Made by a program: the position numbers and the translations under genes. From Paraspadella gotoi (lineage: Eukaryota > Animalia > Chaetognatha), in contig CM119265.1 in the NCBI GenBank assembly GCA_051294375.1, positions 15,538,963 to 15,602,962 on the forward strand: a stretch of DNA of 64,000 nucleotides. Reading direction: 5' to 3'. Of the stretch, positions 1 through 13,215 are shown in pieces. Position 1 is the stretch's first letter; the number at the start of each line of letters is the position of its first letter. Under the pieces are notes generated by a model. The model had not been told where the DNA came from. It searched no databases and saw only the letters and a list, made by a program, of their open reading frames with translations.

Positions 1-667
1 AAAAGGGGAAAAGCGAGAAGTGCTCTTCATCTATTTCGGAATGTCTTGTGGTAAACAGCTGTCTTAAGTATTTGCTAAAACTAATAAATCTTTGACAGTA
101 CTAATTGCATAAAATACATATCAATTAATTGCCTTTTTCCAGTGATTGGTTTAAATTTTTTTTCAAGAAATGTTCTTTTCTTATTATTTAAAACCAAAAC
201 GGTCTTTAAAATTCTATTAGTTAATGACTTGCCGAACAGAAAAAAAGTCCTTTTTTTACATTTTTAAACCTCGACTCAAGCCGTTCAAATCGTTATTGAA
301 ACAAATTTAACTTTTTTCGTCAATTTTCTTTTTAATCTTTTGTAATCAAATTTTATAAAATCAAAAGAAAACATTTCCTTATTCTTTTTCACAGACAAGT
401 GCCAAATCGCCCGTAATCGAAGAGCCCAACGAGCGACCAAAAAAAAAAAACCAACATTTATTAACTCGAAATTGTCATGAGTTTGTACCCTGGAAAACCG
501 CGGAATTCCTTGTCCCGTTTTTAAAAGAAAAAAAATTAAGGTGTAAATAAACAGTAAAAAAAGGTTTTTTTTGAAAAAAAAAAACCGCGTATACGAACGA
601 ATTAAAACATAATTAAACTTTTCATTGAGATTGAAAAAAAGATTAATAATTCAACTCAAAACCGGAA

Positions 668-1917
668 ATGAACGAGAAAGCGGCATCGACGACGCCGGCT
701 TCGACGCCGCGCAGGACTCCATCGCCGGAAATGTCGCCGGGACCCAAGTACAACAATATCTTTCTTCATTTGGGCGATTGGGGTCTTTGGCAGAAGATGG
801 TGTTTTTCCTCGTCTCTGCGCCGGTCATCTTCTGCGCGATTCACACTTATCTCAATTCCTTCACAGCTGCCGTCGCCGATCACAGGTAACCGCTTCATTT
901 GGACATGATCACTTAACAATTAACAGATGAATGTATCTCTGCATTGACCAGGTTGTTTTTATTATTATTATTACTCTTTCTGCCACGATGTTTGCCTTCG
1001 GCGTTATCTGTTTACGTTTGTTTTCCTAAAAAAAATCTAAGTTGATTGTCTCTTTGTGTGTGTAAACATTAATCAACCTAGTCTGCTATCGTTTTTTCAC
1101 CTTTTCACTCTTCATTATTCCTGATTGCACATGTTGTAAATTTGCCGCCATTTAAATTCTCATCCTTATGGGTCCCTACTTTTCCCCGCCTGCCAGATGC
1201 CTAATCCCAGGCGTGGATAACGTGACGGACCGATCGAGGAATTACTACGAACCCACGGAGGACCTGGAGAAGATGGCGGCGCTGCAGAGGCTCGTGCCCA
1301 GAACCAAGGACGGAAAGTTCGAACAGTGCGTCAGATACTACGGTAAGGATAAGAGTGGTCTTCGTTGTTGTTGTTCTTATGGAACCGTTTGAGAATAGTC
1401 AAATATCAGTCTTTGAGAAAACGAGTTTATTCATCGACAACGCTCGTGCAGGCAAATTACATTATTTTATAAATCATAAATATTAAATTTATTTTTTCAT
1501 CGTCAATCTCGCCCACATAGAGAACGCCTCCACGGCCAATTCCTCCGCCGTCCTCGGCCCCTGCTCTGACGGGTGGGTCTTCAGCCACGACACATTCGGA
1601 TCGACCGTCATCGAGCGACTCCAACTCGTCTGCGACCGGAGCGACCGGCGAAAGTACGTCGACGTCTCCACCATGGTCGGCATGCTTATCGGCGCCATCA
1701 CATTCGGTCAACTCTCGGACAGGTTGTGGGGAGGATGGAATCGGGTGGCGCTTTGTGTTGGGGGGGGGAGTGAAGAGAATTATGGCAGGGATGGACGTTA
1801 ACGAGATTTGGGAAGAAAATTCAGGGGAGAGAGAGAGAGAGAAAGAGTGAGAGAACATTTTTGAACATTTGAACATTTATCTGAGTGGGGCTTTAGGCAC
1901 TAAGTTAGGCCCTTAGT

Positions 1918-1995
<78 letters not shown>

Positions 1996-4900
1996 GAGAG
2001 CGCAAGTCTTGTTCAAAACTTGGAATGGTGGAATTCTTCGGGACAACGAGGATCTAGGGAACGCGAGAATTTCGGAATAAATGTTAACCGATTTTAAAGT
2101 TACGAATATAAAGAATGGCGGAAAGTAAAAGGAAGAAAAACGATGGGTGCTGTTTCAGAACACTTGACTTTTACGATTGTTAAACATTTCCTGCTCCTCG
2201 TTCCTCGCCCACGGTTTTAAGTCTTTTGAAATTAAAATCGAGAACAGGCTAAGTACTCGTTTGTCGTGTGTTTTACATCAGTACCGATTCGTAACCATAA
2301 CGATAACCCGGTTAAGACTTTTCTCACTCACTTCGGTTTCTTTCTACGACTTTTCGCCGACTCCTTCGAACGGCGCCGCTTCCGCCGCAGCTGCTGTCCT
2401 CTTTCGTCGTTCTGTCTTAGCGGTTCTCCGGGCCGAGAGACGGCCCCAGCCCACGCCCCAATTTTTTTAAAAAATGTTTTTCCCCCCCAAGTCAAGTTTT
2501 CGAGGAGAAAGAAACTCGTTTCACGTTCGATCTTCGCCTCTGTTGCTGTTGTTGTTGTCGCCGCTGCTGCTGCTGTAGTTGCTTGCGTTTCTTGCCCATC
2601 TGCTGCCACCCGACCTGCGGACGCTGCTGCGTCTTCGGCGATAGCGTTTTAAGCGGCGGCGCCGGCTCCGGCGGCAGCTCCTTCAGCGTCCAGCGCCCGC
2701 TTCCGTCCTCCTGCCACGTCCCGTCGTCCACCATTATTCTGCCCGGTCCGTCCGGTGAGGACGACGACGTCGACGACGACGACGACGAGACCGACCGCTT
2801 GCCTTTTTTCTGAATCACGGGCGGTGGGCGTGGCGAGTCGTATTCGTATTCGTACTCGTAGCTCGAACTTGAATCGGAAGAGGCGTTGCGATTCTTCGAA
2901 TCTAAGAGAAGATTGGATCGTGGGATGGAACAGTGAATTCGGAGAGCGGGGAAGGAAATTTTTTGTAAGGGGTGAGAGTGATAAAAAGTTATTAAGTAAA
3001 ACAAGATCGGTCCATCCAATGTGTTGCGCCGCAGTGACTTTCTTAGCATTTCTTTGCATTTCATCGCAATTATGTCTTTTATTCTTTATAGTTTTAGGAT
3101 TTCCTGAAGGTGGCGCTAGTAGTCTCTTAGATTTGAAGTTTTTTCCTTTCTCAACAAATGAGCAACCAATTATAAGCAAGTTATAAGCCTTTTTATAATA
3201 AGTTGGACAGACCGACGGTCAGACATACCGACCGACCGAAAAGTGACATATGGATTTGCTGCGCAACTAAAAAAAAAAGAGACAAGTGGCACAACAGATG
3301 AAGTGGAATTAGTTTCGTTTCCTTGACGGAATTTATGACGTCATCCGGATTGACAAGACAAGACAGGCCGTCGGAAAGACCTCTTCTGGTCCAAGGTTCG
3401 GGCTTTCTTCCGGACCCTCTTTAGCCTTATATATTCTGTTTCATGCATCTATTTTGTTTTTTAGACGTAAGATTCGTTCTTTTTCGTTTGTGTCGGGGAT
3501 CAATTTTCCAAGTGGGGGAAAAAAGTTGCGTTAAAACTTACTTTTGATTATGTATGTTGGGATGAGTCCGTCCGCCTGGACACCCTTGTCCCTTATCTGT
3601 CGAATTCCGAGAAATTGAGAAACTAATCAAGAGTAAATCATTCGCAATTGTAAAGGACTCAAGGAGGAAGGTTACCAAGGAAACGTTGCTATCTCCTCTG
3701 AGCCTGGCGAGGCAGTACCAGAGGAAGAACAAGTAGATGGCCTCCACGAACAGAAGGTAAACGGCTAGGCAAATTGATCCTGGAAACATCGGGGAAATAT
3801 TGGTTACAATATTGCAAGAATAGATTAGAGAACGAGGCGATAATAAGTTGGAAGATGTCGGAAAGAATGATAAAGTAAAAGCAAGGAGATTGAGAATGGG
3901 ATAAAGAAGATGCAAAGGACGAAAGGAAAAAAAAAAACACAGTACGAGAAAGATACAAAGGTACGAAATATCCTGGGCAAGAGCTTGGGAGATTAAACAA
4001 GAATAAAAAGAAAAAAAAAAACATTTAGTTTGATTTGTTCTTTTCCGCTAGTTTCTCCAGCTGCGTCAACCGTTAAACCAACTCTGACCGAGCAGAACGG
4101 GTTTCATCCGGAACCAGATTTCGCCCAGACATCCGGGTCTCCGGGCCGCCGCCTCGTCGAAACTTTGGTTGCCGATTTGCTTGAAGCGGAAGTCGGAGGA
4201 GGCGACGTTGACGTCGTCGCCGCCGAGGATGCTGACGCAAATTGGGTCGTCGGCGGCGCGGATAGGGTCGCGCAGATCAAGGGGACAAAAGTGCATCCCT
4301 GAAGGGAGATTGGAGAGGGTTGACCTATTTATCGCTTCATTTCCTTTTTAAAGATAATCTTGGATTCTGGAAAACGGGAGAAGAAACGAAGGAACCAATC
4401 GACCCAATTAAAAGAGGAGGAGGAGGAGGAGGAAGAGGAAACGGGCCAGCCGGTTAAGGGAACAAGAAGAAAAGAGGGGAAAAAAAATTAAGATTTTGTT
4501 TATTCAGCTTTTTTTGATTTTCAAACGAACAAAGTTTGAAGCAAAATCGTTCGAAATTTTTTTCCTTTGAACAGCTGATCTGCTCTTTGCCGGTAAAAAA
4601 GGGGAAAAATCAATATTAGCGTGATCATTCGTTAAAAAATCTATTTTTTTAAAAAATAATTTCCTTATACTGTTTTATTCCCTGCTAAAATTAGAACAAT
4701 GCCGAAACACACTTTTCAAATTAAATACCGAAATTAATTAAGTTTTTACAAATGATTGCAAATGATTTTCGCCGCACCTTACTGATTATCTATTCAATTC
4801 AGCCTTTCTCCGTTCATAATCCCCGTTTTACTTTTTTTCTTATTTTTTTAAGGCAAAGAGCGAACACCTGGATGTGAGAGGTCATGAACTTTCTTTCAAA

Positions 4901-6871
4901 ATCTTCGAACATGTTAAGAAAAGTTTAGAGAACCGGCATTTGGGGAAAAGAAAAGAAAATTATTTAGAAATAAAAAGAAATTGAGTTTTGAAAAAAAATA
5001 ATGAAACGAATCCTTCTGTGACCAGCTGACCCAGAGACTGATTCCGGCAGCCGGCGTTGCAGTTGACGTCGTAGATGTCGCGACAGAAAAAGTCTTTAGC
5101 GCCGAAGACGCTGCAACAGTTGAGGCCGGTTTGGATGGCGAGGGAGAGCGCGTCGTCGTCGTCGTGGTAATCGATGAGGAATCCGAAGAGGATCCTTGGC
5201 AAGTTGGAGGAGTGGATTGGAGTGACTCGACAATGCTGATGATCAGCACACAACCACGCAGCTATGTGTTATGTCACTAGATCTGTCGCTAAATTTATCA
5301 AGTTTTCCAACTTCCTCAGCATTATCATTATGATTTTAAAATAAAAGTTAAGATGGCTAATTAATGATAAGGTTATGTTAATGAAATTTAATTTGTCTCG
5401 AATCTATCGAGACCAATAAAATTATCAGAATTCTTCTCCAGGCTCCACCTTTTGAGCAGATCGTAGAAAATGCGTGCATCGGCCATCATTATGATGACGA
5501 TGATTTGTCCGCAAAATAAAAGGATCACCAAAACCAAACACACCGTGAGAAATTTCTTTTTCCTGAAAGAGAAAACTAAAGATTTGGCGTCGTCCCGATT
5601 GATACCCGACCACCCTCTCACTTGGTGCAACAGCAGAACATGGCGAAACCCAGGGAGCAGAAAAGAACTAAAAATAAGCCACAGGCGACGACAACAACGC
5701 CAACCATTTGCAAAAACGATTTTCCGGCTGAAATCACCAAAGTAGTATATTTTTAAATTTTAAGCTTTTTTCTATGTACGTCAAATCTTTTCCATTTCCA
5801 GGTACCTTGAAGATCGAATCTTCTACCAGTCAGAAGAGTTGAATCTAGACAAAAGAAAGAATAGAAATTTTTAGTTTTTGCGATGAATTGCTAGCAGTTA
5901 AGCTTATTTGGAACAAGAACGTTAAAACTGCGTGACATCGTACCGGAACCTACTGCTAAAAGTTTTATTGTAGCTCACTCTGAAAAAAAAAAAATCAATG
6001 CGCCTACTGTTTTGAAGATGCGGCAGGATCTTTTGCCACATTTCTTCGCGAATCCAGTCAAATATGAAATCGCTGATGAGAAGAAATCCGAGGACGAGCA
6101 GCGTCGTCGACGCCAGCAGCAGCAGCACAGTAAAGCAGAGGCCGAAAACGCGGAGGCAGTTGAAGCATCTGGACGGAAATGGTTTTGGTTCCCTTACAGT
6201 TGACCGTTTCTTTCTTTTCTTTTCCGTTCGCCTGCCTCAAACCCTTTGGCCGCTATAGGCAGCACTGCTGTAACGCACCTGTCAGGCTTCAAATACTTTT
6301 TAGGATTTTCATAGTCGATTCCAGACTCGCTCGCCATTTTTCAGATTACGATCGCTAAGAACCTCTGGTACGGTATCAATCTTTTCGATCGCTTTATAGT
6401 TACGCTGTTATTTCTTAAATGAATGAAAGTAAACATTCATTCTTCGTTTTTGAGAGCGAATGACGAACATTTTTGTCGCATTATATTAAAATGAGGAGCT
6501 TATTTAGCGGATAGGCTGCCGTTCAAAATTCAACAACATGATTTTTTCATAATGCACAGTGCTAAAGAGATGCGAATGATATTCTGTACAATGATAATGA
6601 GGGAAAACCGTAAAGATAAGTTTTTCAAATGTTAGTTATGGTGTTTTATTTTTTAATTTCTCTTTTAAAAAAAATTTGTAAAGCAATAAAGGCAACTACA
6701 ACAACAACTACGTATTTGAGGTTTTTGAACTTTCCCTTTGAATTCTTGAAAGGAAAAAAAAAATGTAAAAAGTAAACCAATGGTTTTTCTAAACCGATGG
6801 AGGTGGTTAACCTTGGGAATTGGGCCAGAAGAAAAATTAGACCAAAAAAAAGTTTCGAAAAAACTTTGGTA

Positions 6872-6928
<57 letters not shown>

Positions 6929-9140
6929 ACTCTTGAGGGAGAAAATGTTTTAGTAATCCTATGTGAGGGACGGAGAGAGAGGAGAAATGTGCAAATATCT
7001 CGTTTACATTTCGCTAAGAATTTAAACTATTTTGAAAATAAATTGAGGTCAAGACTTAAATTAGTTTGTTGATCATTTATGATTACCATCTAGGCAAAAA
7101 GTATATCACAAAATTGTTAAAAAGTTTATTTATTGATTAAAAAGTAATAAAATATAGGTAAAATATGCTCAATATTTTGTGTGCTCTTTTTTGGCATCGA
7201 CTATTGCTTGCATTTATCTGTGCATGCTTTCGTACAGCAGATTGAGTTATGACGGTGAGATATTTAACATAATTTTTTTAGCCCCTCCGCCGATGTTGCG
7301 TATATTTCTCTTTATAAACCAAAAAAAGATGCGGTGCCTTTGGCATTCCCAAATTATAAAAAAATAATGAACTCAATTCAAAATAAAAGAATTAATAACA
7401 AAAATAATGGAAAACTAAATATAATTTTTTTGTTATTTTTTATTTGAGGTAGTGATCTTTTTTTGCCTGTAACTATTAAAAGATTTGACCTACAAAAAAA
7501 GGAAGAAAGCTACTGAAAAAAAATTTAATGTAGATTGTAAAACATTTTGATTAAACAATTTTTCGAGTAGATATCCTCCACTAAAAATGTTATATACTTT
7601 TTGCCTAGATGGTATATCTGTAGGCAAAAAAAAATATACTATGCACAAAAATACGACTCTGTATTTAATTTTTAGTCAATTTAACAATTTCCCTTACTCA
7701 ACAGCTTTGGACGGCAAAAAACGATGATGGTCGCCCTGATATTGCAAGCCATTGTCGCCATAGGAACCGCGTACACCCCTACCTACGGTGGATATCTCGT
7801 TTTCAGGTTTCCCCGCTTTTTAGTTTGCGCCGTGACTTAATGAGCTCCAATCAACGACGTTCTAATTTCCTTCCATTTCAATCCTCAGATGCATGGTGGG
7901 GGCCTTTCTCTCAGGAGTCTTTAACACCGCTTTCTGCCTGGGTAATTTGATAAATTGAGAGAGAGAGAGAGAAAGAGAGAGAGAAAAAAAAGCAATCAAT
8001 CAATCAATTTTTTTTTCAGCGATGGAATGTGTGGGTCCTTCTCAACGTACTTGGGTCGGCATCGGCGTGGAGATTTTCTGGGCGCTTGGCACTATGATCC
8101 TCGCCGGATTCGCCTACCTCCTTCCGAACTTCAGCGATCTTCAACTGGCTATGTCGGTCCCTCTGTTACTCTTTATCCCCTACTTTTGGTAAGTGCCTCC
8201 TAAGATTTTAACAGTTTGTACTTAATCAACCGCGTTTAATTCGTAATAAAACGCATATTTGAAGGATCGTGCCAGAGTCCCCGCGTTGGCTGCTTCTCCA
8301 CGGCTTCTACGATCGATTCCGCAAAGTCATGATTAACGCTGCGAGAATGAACCGCATTCGTCTACCCGACAAAGTCTTGGACGAATATATGCCGCCGGGG
8401 GTCAGTTGGATCAAATCGATCAATTAGTAATATGTCAATCTCCTAAAACATCAATTGCTATTCAACCATTAGATAAATATTTCAGTAAACTAATTAAAGC
8501 TCTTTAAAATTAAATAAAATGAATCAACTTGTGTCTAACCAGACTTTGTTTCTTTTCACGGTATACCAATCAAAATGATAATAATTCCATAAATAATGGT
8601 AATAATTATAAGGCGGATAAAAAATTATAACAAATTCTGGTCCATTCCCTCCCCCCAGTCAGCGCCATCAACGCCGTCCCCGAGCGAAGGATGGGTGGAG
8701 GTATTCGAGCCGACAAAAGTCAACGATGCCGCCGACGAAGCGGCCGAGCGCCTCGACCGATCCGGCGACGCGGATTCCACCGTCCACCAATCAAAATCTA
8801 AGGATTCTTCTTTTGACCGATCGCTCCTTCTGCCCCCAAAACAAAAGGGCCTCACCTATTTCTTCACGCGCCCGATGCTGCTGCTGAAGACGGCCAACGT
8901 TCTCTTCAACTGGTTCGTCAACACTCTCGTCTATTACGGCCTCACGATGAACTCAACTAACCTCAACGACAACGCGCATCTGAGTCTCTGCATTTCTGGT
9001 GAGGCATGGCTTCCAATGAAAGAGTGATGGAGTCTTTCATTCTCATTTGCATATGAATTTATTTCTTTCCTCTGGAAGTTTAATATTATTTTCATCAATA
9101 ATCATTAACAATAAAATTTTAATTTTATTAATCGTTTGTT

Positions 9141-9188
<48 letters not shown>

Positions 9189-11613
9189 AGGCGCGGTGGA
9201 GATTCCCGCCTACGTTTTTTGCATTTTGGTTCTGAACAGATTCGGTCGTAAACCGAATCTCGTCTTAGTTTTGCTGCTCTGCGGAGTCACACTCTTTACT
9301 TCGATTTGGATCCCCCCCACAAGCACAGTGGTGTGTATATTGTATAATTGTATCAGAAATACCAAGCACAGCGATTAGACTTAAATCCTTTTTTGTATGA
9401 TTTTTGTGAACAAAAACGTTTTTAAGAAAATTTAAAATACAATTTACTCTAGATTTTTTACTTAAATTAGGGAAGGAAAGACTAAAAGCAGAAAATATAG
9501 ACTTTGGAGAGAAATTTGATCTTGATCGAGTTCATTCATTCATTCCCACCACATTCCTCCCCTTACCCAAGGTGTTGACGGTGCTCTCGATGGTGGGCAA
9601 GTGCGCCATCTCCGCCTCCTTCGCCATTATCTACGTCTTCTCCGCGGAACTCTTCCCCACCGTCGCCCGCAACGCCGCCATGGGGCTCTGCGCGATGTTC
9701 GCTCGTTTCGGCGGGATCGTGGCTCCCGTAATCGCGGATCTGGTGGGTCGGGGAGTGGTGAACGATCAGCGGTGGGTCTCGCCGTGATACATGTGAATTG
9801 TAAATGGCCGGAGGCTTTATTGATCTGTGACAACGACTCCATTCCTTTAAATTTTTATTCCCTCCCAGGGATCGGAGGACGCCGAGGGACATCAAGACCC
9901 GACTTATCCTTTAGCAATTTTCGGTTTTTTCGCCTTAACCGCCGGCGTCTTCGCTCTGTTTCTACCAGAAACGATGGACAAGATGTGAGTTAAACTATTC
10001 CTGCCACCCATTTTCACGTTTAGTCTCTTGTTTTTTGTTTTTCTTTTCTCTATTTTTTCTTCGCTTTATTCTTTGTTTCGTAATCCACCATCCCACTATA
10101 AGAGCTTAGTAGGGTGGATGACGGAAAATATCACAGGGCCTCGCTATCGAGCCTCCCTAATATTCTCGACTTGTTTCTTCCATTTCAGGCTTCCAGAGAC
10201 CGTTGAGGATTTCGAGGAAGACGGTCTCGTCAATCCTTTCGCCGCGTGCAATCAGTTCGTGCGCGTGCGGAACAATGCGTGCGCGCCTTGCTGCCTCAAC
10301 GGCGACGACCGTCGTGGTGACGAAGAGCAAGCTTTTAGAGGAGATGGAATCAAGAAATACGAACCCAATATGGTGGAGATCGCGAAATTCCAGATTTAAT
10401 GGTAAACTCGGAGGATTCAAATTTTTAAAGCAAGATTCATTTTTTTCAGGCGCCTCACGAAGATTCCGCCTGCTTGGAATACGTTGAGAGCCTAAAGCCC
10501 GAGGCGACCTACAGAACGGAAGAGTCGAACGCCCGCCCACGTCGTCACACCATCTCCCGAAGCATTTCGTCGCCGAGGGGCGGTCGCCACGACGAAGCAA
10601 CGATTAACCGCGGAAACGCGATGCTGCAAGCCGCCGTCAGTATGACCTTCAGGTGAGAAAAGATGGGGGTTTTTAGAGAGAATTTTGAGAGTCGATACAC
10701 CTGCTCGCAGTGCAGGTCTTATCCCTTTGAGTGCTTGACATTTGAAATTCTATCTTTAAATTCATTTTTTCTCCATTCAACCAACCCCCTAAAAATTCTT
10801 TCGTCTACTCCAACAGTGTCCACAGCTTCCACAACTCTGACGTAGAAGTCTACCCTGTTCATCCTCGCGTTGTCGAGACATCCTTCAGAGATCGAGCCGC
10901 ATCAGTTGCCTCAGAGTTTCGAGTTCGGGTTAACTCTGGTGAGTTAATGAATTTAGGAATAACTGAATGAGTGAAAACTTCTCTTCTTATTCCGATATTT
11001 TAACTAATCGACAGTGACGGCGACAAGAAATGACGCCAGGATGGACGGTAGAAAGAGGGCAGCTACAATTAACGTAGCGTTGGGAGCCGAAGATAAGAAG
11101 CAGGCAGAAGGTAAGAAAGATCATTGAACTGACTCTAGTAAAAGAGAGCTTTAACCCAATATAGCCCGTCAATTAAAGTTAGCTTTCAAGAGTTCTTTGT
11201 TTGCTTTCTTTCTCTTGCAGAAAAAAAAATTAAACAGTTCGTAATTTCTTTAGAAGATAAACTTAATGATTTCATTCTTACTGCGACAGCTGCGCGGCGA
11301 GTTCGAGGCGGCGGCAGCGGGAGCGGCGGCAGCGGCCGATCCAATTCGCTGTTTTCCTCTCGAAGGACCGAAGATCTTCGCAAAGGATCCGTGGTCGAAA
11401 TTGAGGAGGAAAGCAGCGTCACGAATCTCGACGAAGAAGTTGAGGAAGGTGAGAGTCGACTGTGGTGGCGAATGTCAGCAGCGCCACCTTTTGATTTTTT
11501 GGGAGAAAAATCCTACTTTTTTTCTTTATTTAGGTCAAAATTTTTGCAATTCCCACAAGAAATCCAAATTTTATCTCAAGGAGAGTAACGAAAGTCTCCG
11601 AGAAGAACAATGA
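668..11613 (+). CDS. SLC22-family (organic cation/carnitine transporter-like) MFS transporter, multi-exon
   Basis: Exons join in frame: 668-885, 1197-1342, 1521-1722, 7705-7806, 7889-7941, 8020-8188, 8265-8400, 8659-8998, 9191-9330, 9572-9742, 9869-9984, 10189-. SLC22 motifs: DHRC, CSDGWVF...LVCDR, GQLSDSFGR, MECVGP, PESPRWL, ELFPTVAR, LPET. The exons after ~10450 that reach TGA at 11613 are less certain; an earlier stop is possible at 10399. Confidence 0.93.
1919..1992. repeat. (GA)n microsatellite
   Basis: Long perfect AG dinucleotide run. Confidence 0.95.
2328..6337 (-). CDS. Divergent tetraspanin-like protein nested antisense in SLC22 intron 3
   Basis: ATG 6337 (MASESGIDY). TM1 (CFTVLLLLASTTLLVLGFLLI), TM2 (GCVVVVACGLFLVLFCSLGFAMFCCC), TM3 (FLTVCLVLVILLFCGQIIVII), EC2 loop exon 5194-5031 (DY...AIQTGLNCCSVFGAKDF), a later PGC motif (~4130), and TM4 (ICLAVYLLFVEAIYLFFLWYC, ~3780-3700). 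The 3' tail exons and the stop position are uncertain. Confidence 0.72.
6875..6926. repeat. (GA)n microsatellite
   Basis: Perfect GA run. Confidence 0.95.
7086..7612. mobile_element. Tc1/mariner-type MITE
   Basis: 21-bp TIR CCATCTAGGCAAAAAGTATAT / ATATACTTTTTGCCTAGATGG, flanked by TA on both sides; no coding capacity. Confidence 0.85.
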
Positions 11614-11969
11614 TCTTTTATAAAAACGTTAACAAAGAAACGCGTGGCCAGTTATGCAGCTTTGCGTTTGGGTATCTGTTGTTATTTTTGTTAGTCATTG
11701 AGAATAGCTTGATCTTTTTCTCTCGCCCATCGACGTTTGTTTGTAAATAGCATTTCACGATTTACTTGCGAAAGCAAATTGTAAATTTTTGCGCTTATTT
11801 CGAGTAATCCATGACAATTATTTTAATGTTACTTAATTGTTGACTACATAAATGTACTTATTAAATGTTTACAACCCTTTTTTTTGCCATTGTTGCCATT
11901 AGGTCAAAAACTAACCTTTTGTTTTTAAATAACATCTTTACGTCATAAGAACAAGTCGATGTTACCGCT

Positions 11970-12041
11970 TCCTCGGTAGTATAGTGGTGAGTATCCTCGC
12001 CTGTCACGCGAGAGACCGGGGTTCGATTCCCCGCCGGGGAG
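11970..12041 (+). tRNA. tRNA-Asp (GTC)
   Basis: 72-nt TCCTCGGTAGTATAGTGGTGAGTATCCTCGCCTGTCACGCGAGAGACCGGGGTTCGATTCCCCGCCGGGGAG, typical of eukaryotic tRNA-Asp; a T-run Pol III terminator follows. Confidence 0.97.
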
Positions 12042-12558
12042 CAAGTTTTTTGCCATCTTTTATTAGTAATTAATTAACATATAAATAGAACTATAAAAAA
12101 CCAAATATACAGGGAGGTACAGCTCTTTTGGGAGTAACTTCAAGTGCTTACAGAACAAAAACGGTTTATTTTAGGAGAAAAAAGAGATTATATTTGGAAA
12201 CCTGGTTAATTTTTCTTTCGATCGATACCATAAATGGTTGGTTGCAAAAGCATGCGCAAACTTCTCTTAACACTTTGAGAAAGTCATGGTTGTTTAAGGT
12301 GAGTTTTTTTAAATAGATTGTGTTGTCTTCAAATTTTTTTACATGTGTACTAATTTTCATATCATTAATTTTATTTACCCATCCAAAAGAGCCGGACCTC
12401 TCTGTACTGACCAGTAGAGTGATGTGAAAATAATAAAATTTTATAAAATTAAAATTTAGCATATAAAACATAGAAATAAAAACCAATAAAAATACTTCGG
12501 TAAATTTATTTTTTAATTTTATACATTAGTGGGTACCCGTGAGCTATATTCAGGTGAG

Positions 12559-12805
12559 GTATATTCACACCGTCTCACGTCCACTATCGTTCAGCCAATA
12601 CCATTGGCTCAGAGGGCGAACGCCTTGTCCCAAGCGTTGTATTCCATCTACAGTCTTAACAATTTTTTTCTGCCTTGGCAAAGCGGGACCGTCCTAGGGT
12701 AACCGCGCCAGTATCTGGAATCTTTACTAGGGGTAAAAAGCCCCCAAAGCCAATAGTTAGATGCCCCTTCCCAATGGGCATCATAGGTAACCCGGTTGTT
12801 GCCAT
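12559..12805 (-). repeat. Dispersed hairpin-rich repeat, diverged inverted copy of 45816-46062
   Basis: The reverse complement aligns along its length with 45816-46062 (e.g. GGTTACCCTAGGACGGT, TTGGCTTTGGGGGCTT, CTCTGAGCCAATGG). Confidence 0.85.
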
Positions 12806-13215
12806 ATAAGTATAATTCTGTTTTAAAAATTATTTTATTTCAAGTTGGTCAAAAATATAAAAAACTATATTTAAGATGCCGATTTTCAATTTCCAGTTTA
12901 AAAATATAGTTTTTTTATAATTTTAACCTATTTAATGACATAATTTTTGAAAAAGATTTCTATTTTCTTTTAACAACTTTTTATGAGGAATCTGAATCTG
13001 TTCTCAGAATTTTTTAAAAAATATTGTAAAATTTTGATATTACATAAGGTTAGTACTATATACAAAATAAGCTGATTGGGCTACAATATACATAAAAAAA
13101 AATAACTACAGATTAGTATTCACTAATATGATAGTTTTCAAGATATAACTGCAAAATTTTGATTCCAAACTTTCACTTCACCCTACTGACCAGTGTCAAC
13201 GAGTTCCATTTAAAT

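Noticed and set aside
2492-2905. Possible neuropeptide precursor (GKR and MGKKRK dibasic/amidation-like sites)
   Set aside because: No signal peptide or repeated peptide units; better explained as a low-complexity tail exon of the nested tetraspanin-like gene.
5828-5846. In-frame TGA in a tetraspanin exon
   Set aside because: Using the downstream acceptor (CTGACTGGTAG) gives an open, phase-compatible exon.
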